Part shown: positions 1 to 7,330 of the stretch, in pieces
Layout: every line of letters starts with the position of its first letter
Position numbering within the stretch: position 1 is the stretch's first letter
DNA from: Chloroflexota bacterium
Lineage (GTDB): Bacteria; Chloroflexota; Dehalococcoidia; Dehalococcoidales; JAUVZV01
Assembly: GCA_030602375.1 (NCBI GenBank)
Contig: JAUVZV010000001.1
Location: forward strand, 2,630-66,629
Reading direction: 5' to 3'
DNA: 64,000 nt
Notes under the pieces: model-generated
Databases searched by the model: none
Told to the model about the DNA's origin: nothing
The model's input: only the letters and a program-made list of their open reading frames with translations
Position numbers and translations under genes: made by a program

Positions 1-577
1 GAACTGGATGTGGGATTCCTTCAGCCATAATTACGATGTCAAACTCAGTTGGCTGGACATCTAAAATTATGGCCGTCCTTTCCTTCACTACCCTAGCTAG
101 GGCTAATGGTTTTAGATCCAGAAAATAAGGCCTAAGCCCTGCCTTATGCAGTGTGGTGAGCATGGCATCAGCAGTCTTACGACGCAGGGCAACCAGAAAA
201 ACCTGTGTTTTACTTCCCCACCCCGGAATCACCTGCCAGGTTAGGTAAAGTTGCTCCAGAGGTATTGGCAGTGTTCTTTTTGCCTCCTGCATTACCGCTT
301 CAGCCAGCATCGTTTTCGGTAGCTGGGGTAAAGTAATGTGTCGGGTTAAACACAAACGACCGCTTAAGCCAACGATGACTTTTTTTGTCTTTATCTTCTG
401 AGCCCGGAGGAGTTTTTGAATCTCGGTGGCAAGTTCTGTCTCCTTGATGATAACAGTATCCTTAACCAGGCCTGGTTCAAGTGGCAGGTAAGCCCACTTT
501 TTAATTCGTTTATTATCGGTTAGCAGTAGTCGGATGCTACTATCATCAATATATAAGCTAACAATCTTCTTCGCCAT
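1..577 (-). CDS. pilM: type IV pilus assembly protein PilM (N-terminal part; gene runs off the left edge)
   Basis: Not in the ORF track because there is no stop in the window. The ATG at 577..575 lies 2 nt after the stop of the upstream gene. My translation MAKKIVSLYIDDSSIRLLLTDNKRIKKWAYLPLEPGLVKD...VIVGLSGRLCLTRHITLPQLPKTMLAEAVMQEAKRTLPIPLEQLYLTWQV looks like the actin-like PilM N-terminus. Confidence 0.65.
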   Translation of the reverse strand, partial: MAKKIVSLYIDDSSIRLLLTDNKRIKKWAYLPLEPGLVKDTVIIKETELATEIQKLLRAQKIKTKKVIVGLSGRLCLTRHITLPQLPKTMLAEAVMQEAKRTLPIPLEQLYLTWQVIPGWGSKTQVFLVALRRKTADAMLTTLHKAGLRPYFLDLKPLALARVVKERTAIILDVQPTEFDIVIMAEGIPHPV

Positions 578-579
578 AG

Positions 580-1146
580 TTAGTCACCCTGATAAGTATA
601 GATAGCAAGCCCAATTGTAGCTGACGGCTTCTCATCAGCGGTTGGCTCCGAGACACTTATTTCCACCGAGTTTAAAACGGCGGTGGTAAGGTCACTGTTT
701 AACCTAGCAATAAAGCTTATTAGACTAGTTACCTCTCCCTCAGCCCTTACTGTAAGCGGTAGAACAGAGCAAGTAATTCCGTTCAGGTCACCACTGGTCA
801 GGCCTGTTGAAGAAAGCCTGGTAATTTCAACTTCACAGGTCTCAGCAATTTCAAATAGGGTGTCGGTGAGATTAATGCTCTCAATGGACGGAGAGAGCAT
901 AGCCTTGGCAGTTTCAAGCTGGGATAAGGTCTGGCTCAGGCGCTGCTCAAGTTCCTGCTGCTGAGAGACAAGCCCCTCAAGTTGAACCCCTTTTAACTCA
1001 AGCTTAGCTAAGGGAAGTCCCTCTCTAAGTCGGCTTTGCTCCTGAAGTTGCCCCAAACGAACTGCCCCCAGGCTGGCTAAGGCAATAATACCAATACCAA
1101 CCCCCAGAATTATCCAGCCAGTTTTACTTATTTTCAAAGCTCGCAT
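580..1146 (-). CDS. PilO/PilN-like pilus alignment protein (single N-terminal TM helix, coiled coil, alpha/beta domain)
   Basis: 188 aa. TM segment WIILGVGIGIIALASLGAV is followed by a Q/E/L-rich coiled coil. It sits between the pilin-like genes and pilM and is translationally coupled to pilM. Confidence 0.4.
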   Translation of the reverse strand: MRALKISKTGWIILGVGIGIIALASLGAVRLGQLQEQSRLREGLPLAKLELKGVQLEGLVSQQQELEQRLSQTLSQLETAKAMLSPSIESINLTDTLFEIAETCEVEITRLSSTGLTSGDLNGITCSVLPLTVRAEGEVTSLISFIARLNSDLTTAVLNSVEISVSEPTADEKPSATIGLAIYTYQGD

Positions 1147-1158
1147 TTTATACGACCC

Positions 1159-2010
1159 TTACTTTGATACCTGCCACGAGAGGATATATATTGCCCCATC
1201 GGCTAACATTACATCAGCTACTATGGCGCTAATCTCAACATTCTCAGAATTTGTCGCTGTAGCCGTAATCCTATATGCAGTGCCGGTGATTTCACCAACT
1301 TCCCCAATGTCACTACTACTGGCTACTACCCAGCTATAATCACCCTCCTGGCTCTCCTGCCCGCTAATATAAAAGGTTTGGGTTTTAACCGGGTTACTCA
1401 GGGAGACATAGGGGTAAGGCGGATTCATTTCCCAGTTGAGCAGGTAAACCCCCTGAGTATCTAAGACCTCATTCGGCTCCTCAGTAGATAGGTTATCTAC
1501 AAAGTATGAAGCCGAACCCGGGCTGTAACTGTAACCTATCGGAATCCTGGCTCCTATCTCTAGCAAGTGGATGACCGATTGTCCTGACTCGGGTTGCCAA
1601 GTGATAGTGATGGTATGTTTATAAGCCTGCTCCCCCGCATCCCAAACCACCTCCCCATCTACTGCCAGCCAGTCGCAGTGCACCCCAGCCTCAACAAGCT
1701 CACCGAAATACAAGGTATAGGTTCCTTCTTCTTCAGTTTGTATTGCTACCTGCATCTGGTTGATACTTTCTGTTAGCTGCTGGGGTGGTGAGATAGCATT
1801 CTGAAGGCACCACAGCGTATTTTCCACGCCAGCCTCAGCAGCATAAAGCCCATCTACACCACTCTTAATTACTTGACCACTCCTAAGGCCAGTGGCAGCA
1901 TAATTAAGACTGGGGACAATCGTAAGTCCGCCCAAAACGAGCAGGGCCAAAACTATAGGCAGGGCTTGCCCTTTCTGGCTAGCTATTATTTGCTTTAATA
2001 GTCTCAGCAT
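1159..2010 (-). CDS. PilX-N/minor-pilin-like protein (hydrophobic N-terminus, no Glu+5)
   Basis: N-terminus MLRLLKQIIASQKGQALPIVLALLVLGGLTIV resembles PilX_N/GspK-type pseudopilins. It lies in the pilus operon, with SD GGAG upstream of the ATG. Confidence 0.4.
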   Translation of the reverse strand: MLRLLKQIIASQKGQALPIVLALLVLGGLTIVPSLNYAATGLRSGQVIKSGVDGLYAAEAGVENTLWCLQNAISPPQQLTESINQMQVAIQTEEEGTYTLYFGELVEAGVHCDWLAVDGEVVWDAGEQAYKHTITITWQPESGQSVIHLLEIGARIPIGYSYSPGSASYFVDNLSTEEPNEVLDTQGVYLLNWEMNPPYPYVSLSNPVKTQTFYISGQESQEGDYSWVVASSSDIGEVGEITGTAYRITATATNSENVEISAIVADVMLADGAIYILSWQVSK

Positions 2011-2023
2011 GCTACTCCCTTAA

Positions 2024-2554
2024 TTAGAGGTTGGGACGGCGCTTAACCTGGTATTCCCTGGTCTCTCTGGCTTCTCCGGAGAGAGCAGTGAGCTTTATGG
2101 CTAGCACCGGGCTCTGGTAACTCACTTTACTGGTATTATCCGGGTCATCAGGGTCATAATAAATATATCTAGCCACCAGAGTCTGCTCATTGGCCCCAGC
2201 GCTACTCCAGTGACTGCGCTTAAGTGTTCCAACCCCACCGCTTAAGTCTTCAAAAAAGTACCTAACTGAGTGATTGATATCATCATCGCCATAATGCCAC
2301 TCAGTCCAGGTTAAAACTAAAAAATCTGGGGGCTCTAGGTTGTCAATAATGACACTCTCCGCCATCTGAGCATCATAGCTTAGCCAGTAGCCAGCATTTT
2401 GCACTTGGGTAACGCAAGTTATATGGTTGTTACTGCGCTCAGTCCCCTTGAGGGTCTGGAATATAGCCTGAGTAGCGGCGCTGGCTAAAAGGGCTATAAC
2501 AGCCAAAGCTACTATAAGTTCAATGACGGTAAAACCTTTCTCATTTCGCTTGAT
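2024..2554 (-). CDS. prepilin-type N-terminal cleavage/methylation domain pilin
   Basis: The in-frame sequence upstream of the tracked TTG (2506) reads IKRNEKG|FTVIELIVALAVIALLASAA, a classic G-1/F+1/E+5 prepilin motif. The only start-like codon after the in-frame TAG (2557..2555) is ATC at 2554. Confidence 0.65.
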   Translation of the reverse strand: MKRNEKGFTVIELIVALAVIALLASAATQAIFQTLKGTERSNNHITCVTQVQNAGYWLSYDAQMAESVIIDNLEPPDFLVLTWTEWHYGDDDINHSVRYFFEDLSGGVGTLKRSHWSSAGANEQTLVARYIYYDPDDPDNTSKVSYQSPVLAIKLTALSGEARETREYQVKRRPNL

Positions 2555-2958
2555 CTATCTACCTTGTAACCCTCCAGTTTGATTACTTCTTTCTCACTAT
2601 GTTTGACAGCAACTGTTACCTTCTGGATGCCATCATCAGGCTGGTGTAAAGGCTCAGCGGTAATTAGCACTGAGTAGTTAATATAATCGTCACCACTGGG
2701 CAATGATGCCGGGGAATACTCGGTGGTGTCGTATATATAATCAGCGTTTTTGACCCACTCTATTTGACTTCGAGCCAGGCTTTCGGCAGTAGCCTGTTCA
2801 TCAGCGATAATAGTAGCCTTGGAGGTAGTAGCCAGGCCGCTGAGAAAGCTTACGGCAACAGCGCCCAGAACAGCCAGGGCAATCGCCGTTTCAATAAAGG
2901 TTACCCCTCGCTGACTCCTAAATATACTTAACACTCTTAAAACCCGTAACCGCATCAC
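2512..2958 (-). CDS. prepilin-type pseudopilin
   Basis: Motif SQRG|VTFIETAIALAVLGAVAV (G-1, E+5). SD AAGGAG lies 6 nt before GTG 2958 (ATG at 2955). The tracked TTG at 2991 probably over-extends the ORF. Confidence 0.65.
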   Translation of the reverse strand: MMRLRVLRVLSIFRSQRGVTFIETAIALAVLGAVAVSFLSGLATTSKATIIADEQATAESLARSQIEWVKNADYIYDTTEYSPASLPSGDDYINYSVLITAEPLHQPDDGIQKVTVAVKHSEKEVIKLEGYKVDRSSEMRKVLPSLNL

Positions 2959-2992
2959 TATAATCTCCTTAAGTAGCCAATCTTCTTTCAAG

Positions 2993-4201
2993 CTAAGCTA
3001 CCTGCCCGAAAATGGAATACATGGCTGAAATTAAGGACAAGGCAATAAGACCAATCACCATAGCTATAATCAAGGTCATCATCGGCTGAATCAGTCCGAT
3101 GAGGGAGTGGGTTTTATCTTCAGCTTCAGCCTCGTAACTTTCGGCTACAGCAAGCAAGGTGGTATCAAGGGAACCGGTTTCCTCACCAACCCTGACCATC
3201 TGCACCATCATCGGCAGAAAGAGGCTGTTCTTGGCCATTGGCTGGGATAAGCCTTCACCCTTAATCATATCCTGCTGGACATCAATGAGCGCCTTAGCTA
3301 TCACCATATTACGGCAGCCCTGGATGACAAGGGGCATAATCGCGGTCAGGGACAAACCAGCGCGGAATAATAGTGACAAGTTCCGGCATATGCGGGCAAG
3401 CTCATTTAAATGGTTTACTCGCCCAACTAGAGGTAGGCTAAGGGCTAATTGGTGGCAACGGTACTTGCCACCTAGGGTCTTGTTGTAAGCGAAAGCCAGA
3501 CCAGCAGCAATAAGCAGCGCTAACAGGATATAAACCCCCTGGCTTTGGAGTGCACTGGCGAGGTTAATCACCAACCTGGTTATTGCTGGCAATTCAGCAC
3601 CAAGCGAACTATACAGACTACCGAAGGCTGGTAAAACCCAGGTGACCAAGATGCCGATGACGGCAATAGTTACTACAGAGGCAATGACTGGATAGATAAG
3701 CGCGTTCTTGATACTTCTGGTGGCAATAATCTCTTTCTCCATATAATCAGCCATCTGCCTGAGCACCATCTCCAGCCCCCCGGTCTCTTCACCCACACTC
3801 AATGACTGGCAATGAATTGGAGAAAAGAACTCGGGGTGTTTGCGCATGGCTACAGAGAGTTGATTCCCGCCGCGAACATCGGTGATTACTTCAAGCAGAA
3901 CCCCTCTTAAAGCACGGCTGGATGCCTGAGCCTGTAGTAATTCAAGAGAGGTGACAATACTTAGGCCAGATTCAAGGAGCAGGGCTAGCTGGCGGTAGAA
4001 AAGTAGTATTTCGGTTGGTTTGGGCCGAGACAGGCATCTTTTGAGTTTATCAAAACTAGCAGACTGAGCAATCGGTTTAAGGTTAATTACCTGGTAACCA
4101 GCATAGTCCAAAAGCTCAGTTACTGCCTCCTCACTTGTAACCGCTAATTTGCCTCTTATAACCTCCCCGCTCTCATTGTAGGCAACATATTGGTAAATTA
4201 T
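2993..4201 (-). CDS. pilC: type IV pilus/T2SS platform protein PilC/GspF
   Basis: Polytopic GspF-family sequence (two T2SSF repeats, e.g. LFYRQLALLLESGLSIV and LCRNLSLLFRAGLSL). The conserved N-terminus IIYQYVAYNESGEVIRGKLAVTSEEAVTELL continues in frame upstream of the tracked TTG 4111, up to ATA 4201/ATT 4198. Confidence 0.9.
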   Translation of the reverse strand: MIYQYVAYNESGEVIRGKLAVTSEEAVTELLDYAGYQVINLKPIAQSASFDKLKRCLSRPKPTEILLFYRQLALLLESGLSIVTSLELLQAQASSRALRGVLLEVITDVRGGNQLSVAMRKHPEFFSPIHCQSLSVGEETGGLEMVLRQMADYMEKEIIATRSIKNALIYPVIASVVTIAVIGILVTWVLPAFGSLYSSLGAELPAITRLVINLASALQSQGVYILLALLIAAGLAFAYNKTLGGKYRCHQLALSLPLVGRVNHLNELARICRNLSLLFRAGLSLTAIMPLVIQGCRNMVIAKALIDVQQDMIKGEGLSQPMAKNSLFLPMMVQMVRVGEETGSLDTTLLAVAESYEAEAEDKTHSLIGLIQPMMTLIIAMVIGLIALSLISAMYSIFGQVA

Positions 4202-4242
4202 TTAACTTCACCCCCATTGTTTTATCCTTTAAAAAGACTACC

Positions 4243-5757
4243 CTACTCTAGAGTGTAGGCATTGCGCAAGACTTCGGAAGGGGTGGTTATATCTGCCCCT
4301 ACCTTAAGCATGCCATCCTTTATTAAGGGTATCATCCCCTCTTTAATTGTCTGAGAGCGTAGCTGGCTAGCTGTAGTACCAGCAAGTAGCATTGTCCTTA
4401 TCTCATCGCTCATATTTAGTATTTCAAAGATTCCGGTTCTTCCCCGGTAGCCGGTTTGGGCACATGATTTGCAGCCACTACCATAGAGGAACTTACTCCG
4501 TTCCTCCCCACTATCACTTGAGTAGGCCAGCTGCTCAAGCAAAGGAACCCTAACTAGGCGGGCGCAATCAGGACAAACACAACGCACCATTCGTTGCGCC
4601 ACAACACCAATTAGGGCTGAGGAGACTAAAAATGGCTCGACACCTAAATCAAGGAGACGAAAGACTACCCCTACCGCATCATTGGCATGGATCGAAGATA
4701 GTACCAGATGTCCGGTGAGAGCTGACTGGACGGCAATCTTAGCTGTTTCGGCATCACGTATCTCACCGACTAATATCACATCAGGGTCAAGGCGTAGTAG
4801 CGACCTAAGCCCGCTGGAAAAAGTAATGCCAGCCCGGGGGTTAACCTGAACCTGATTAATGTTCTTGAACCGATACTCCACCGGGTCTTCAATGGTAACA
4901 ATATTTCGTCCGATGTAGTCAAGCTGGTTAACTGAAGCATAAAGGGTGGTGGTTTTACCGGCACCAGTAGGGCCACTGACTAGGATCACGCCATAAGGAA
5001 CTTTGAGCATCTTTTCATATATTTCCCGACTCTGGGGGGAAAAACCTAGCTCAAGGAGGGCCAGGGTAGCCCGTGATTTATCCAAAAGCCGTAGCACCGC
5101 CATTTCACCATTGACAGTAGCCGTAGTGCCCACCCGGATATCCACCAGCCGCCCTTTGGTTTTGACTGAAAACTGACCATCCTGAGGACGGTGATGGTCA
5201 GCAATGTTCATATTAGCCAGGACTTTAATTCGAGAAATCAGTGGAGTAGCCGTCTTCAAAGGCAAGGAAAGCATATCGTGAAGGGTACCATCGATGCGGT
5301 AGCGTACTCGCAGCCCATCTTCCTGTGGTTCAAGGTGTACATCAGAGGCTCGGGCTTTGACCGCCTCATCAATGATAAGCTTCAGTGCCCGGGCTACCGG
5401 GGCATCAGTGGCAGTATCAAATTTAATCTGTGGTTCTGCTCCCTCACTGGGTACTGGAATACTGGAAACTTGCTTCTCGATTTCATCATAAGCCTTGTAA
5501 TTAGAGTCAATAGCCTCTCGAATTTCCTCAACACTGGCTACTTCAGGCTCGATACGCATTTGGCTATGAGTGGCTAAAGCCTCCAGGGCAAAGATGTCTT
5601 GAGGGTTTGCCATCGCTATCCGAAGGGTACTATCATTTACTTCCAGTGGTATGACGCTATATTCCCTGGCCATTACCTCAGGGATGAGTCTTAATGCCTC
5701 AGGCTGAGGCAAATATTTTCGTAACTTGATTCGATTTTCTTCGGAAAGGGTTTTCAT
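4243..5757 (-). CDS. pilB: type IV pilus assembly ATPase PilB/GspE
   Basis: 504 aa. Walker A GPTGAGKTTT, a GspE-type tetracysteine motif (CPDC...CKSC) and a T2SSE N-terminal domain. Confidence 0.9.
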   Translation of the reverse strand: MKTLSEENRIKLRKYLPQPEALRLIPEVMAREYSVIPLEVNDSTLRIAMANPQDIFALEALATHSQMRIEPEVASVEEIREAIDSNYKAYDEIEKQVSSIPVPSEGAEPQIKFDTATDAPVARALKLIIDEAVKARASDVHLEPQEDGLRVRYRIDGTLHDMLSLPLKTATPLISRIKVLANMNIADHHRPQDGQFSVKTKGRLVDIRVGTTATVNGEMAVLRLLDKSRATLALLELGFSPQSREIYEKMLKVPYGVILVSGPTGAGKTTTLYASVNQLDYIGRNIVTIEDPVEYRFKNINQVQVNPRAGITFSSGLRSLLRLDPDVILVGEIRDAETAKIAVQSALTGHLVLSSIHANDAVGVVFRLLDLGVEPFLVSSALIGVVAQRMVRCVCPDCARLVRVPLLEQLAYSSDSGEERSKFLYGSGCKSCAQTGYRGRTGIFEILNMSDEIRTMLLAGTTASQLRSQTIKEGMIPLIKDGMLKVGADITTPSEVLRNAYTLE

Positions 5758-6160
5758 CGTTAGCTTTTATCCTCACAAGTCTTTATTCCCCATCTTGTGG
5801 CGTAGCCTCGAACCGGTAGCCATGAGCCCATTCTAGGCTAGCCAAGTTGGGATAACAATGACTCCTTGGTACCGGGTTGGGATAAGAAAAAAGTACTAAC
5901 TAGTTTTTCGCCACCAAGGGGTGAGCGCCTCTCTTTACCAGTGAATCTTCCCTAATTTGTTACTTCGAAATGTTTACGAGATATTTATTCCTTGGGACCA
6001 GTTGTTTATGCTTTGTTTATGTGTACTATGTAACAATCAATACAATCGTCAATCACGCAACGAAGGCATAGGCTCTCACTAAAACACCCAGCTTAAGCAG
6101 CACACCTATAAGGTAAGCTCAAGGGTTTAGTTATAATTAACTAGGTATTAGGAGACAGAT

Positions 6161-6403
6161 TTGATAGAGATAACTAAGTTAGAGAAAAGTTTGGAACCGT
6201 GGTGCGCAGAATACCTTACCACTGGTGCTGTTGCCCAGTATTGCGGGGTGACCAAGGTGACAGTACTACGGTGGATTCAGAAGGAACTGCTGGCAGCGTT
6301 TAAACTTCCTGGGGGTCACAATCGGATACATAGAGACAATTTTGATGAATTCCTAATGAAGTATGAGATACCAGTCCACAGGAGAATGGTTGAAAATCAG
6401 TGA
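6161..6403 (+). CDS. small helix-turn-helix DNA-binding protein (excisionase/MerR-like HTH_17 type)
   Basis: 80 aa. LTTGAVAQYCGVTKVTVLRWIQKELLAAFKLPGGHNRIHRDNFDEFL fits the excisionase-family HTH pattern. SD AGGAGA precedes the TTG start. Confidence 0.55.
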   Translation: MIEITKLEKSLEPWCAEYLTTGAVAQYCGVTKVTVLRWIQKELLAAFKLPGGHNRIHRDNFDEFLMKYEIPVHRRMVENQ

Positions 6404-6448
6404 TTATCTTAATTTTAACCAAGCAAACTTTGGCAAAGTGAGGCTAGA

Positions 6449-7144
6449 ATGCGCCGTCCTCAAATCCTTATTGTTGATGACGACCCAGTACTAATAAGAT
6501 TCTTGCGAGCCAATCTGGAAGCTAGAGACTGTGAGGTACTTACGGCAATTGGTGGTGCTGAGGCGCTTAATCTGGTGGAAAGGGAACTACCTGACCTCAT
6601 AATCCTGGATATCATGATGCCTGAGATGGATGGTTTTGAAATCTGCCAGAGGCTTCGTGAGTGGTCACAAATCCCGATTCTGATGCTCAGTGCCCGGGGT
6701 GAGATAAAGGACAAGGCAAGATGCCTTAACCTTGGTGCCGATGACTATATTACCAAACCGTTTGGAATAAGCGAACTACTAGCCCGGGTCAGGGCGGTGC
6801 TAAGGCGTACCGAAGCCCTCAGTACCACCGTCACCCCACCATTCTTTACCAGTGGTGACCTTGAAATTAACTTCGTGCAGAGGCGAGTAATTGTTGCCGG
6901 AAATGAGGTAAGACTAACACCCACCGAATATAACCTCCTACAGGAATTCGTCCTTAATGCGGACAAGGTTCTTACCCATACTTATCTCCTAAACAAGATT
7001 TGGGGCCCCGATTACATCCAAGAAAAGGCGTACTTGCGAGTTTTCGTCGGTCGGCTGCGGAATAAGATTGAGTCTGACCGAGTAAACCCCTCCTATATCC
7101 TCACCGTCTCTGGTGTGGGCTATCAGTTTAAAGATACGGCATAA
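6449..7144 (+). CDS. OmpR/PhoB-family response regulator (receiver plus winged helix)
   Basis: Receiver motifs ILIVDDD, DLIILDIMMPEMDG and KPF, with a C-terminal trans_reg_C-like LTPTEYNLLQEF...GVGYQF. Confidence 0.9.
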   Translation: MRRPQILIVDDDPVLIRFLRANLEARDCEVLTAIGGAEALNLVERELPDLIILDIMMPEMDGFEICQRLREWSQIPILMLSARGEIKDKARCLNLGADDYITKPFGISELLARVRAVLRRTEALSTTVTPPFFTSGDLEINFVQRRVIVAGNEVRLTPTEYNLLQEFVLNADKVLTHTYLLNKIWGPDYIQEKAYLRVFVGRLRNKIESDRVNPSYILTVSGVGYQFKDTA

Positions 7145-7330
7145 CGCCAAAATCCAGTCGCTACAGGATAATCGGACAAACTACCCTTTTTGACCCTACC
7201 CTGATACCGGTTGTTAAATCCATAATCTTGTAATTACGTTGCTACGGGTGTTATCATTCTTTGTGCTCAAGACAACAAGTGGCTGGCTGATGACCTAATA
7301 AACCTTTAATCACCTTTGGTTATTGATAAA

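Noticed and set aside
5774-5845. 23-codon minus-strand mini-ORF (MGSWLPVRGYATRWGIKTCEDKS) upstream of pilB, considered as a possible missing major pilin
   Set aside because: It has no prepilin motif, no hydrophobic helix and no SD, and it is far too short for a pilin.
6161-6403. Excisionase-family HTH as a sign of a prophage or integrative element
   Set aside because: There is no integrase, recombinase, phage gene or flanking att-like repeat nearby. The gene is paired with a response regulator and looks like a chromosomal regulator.
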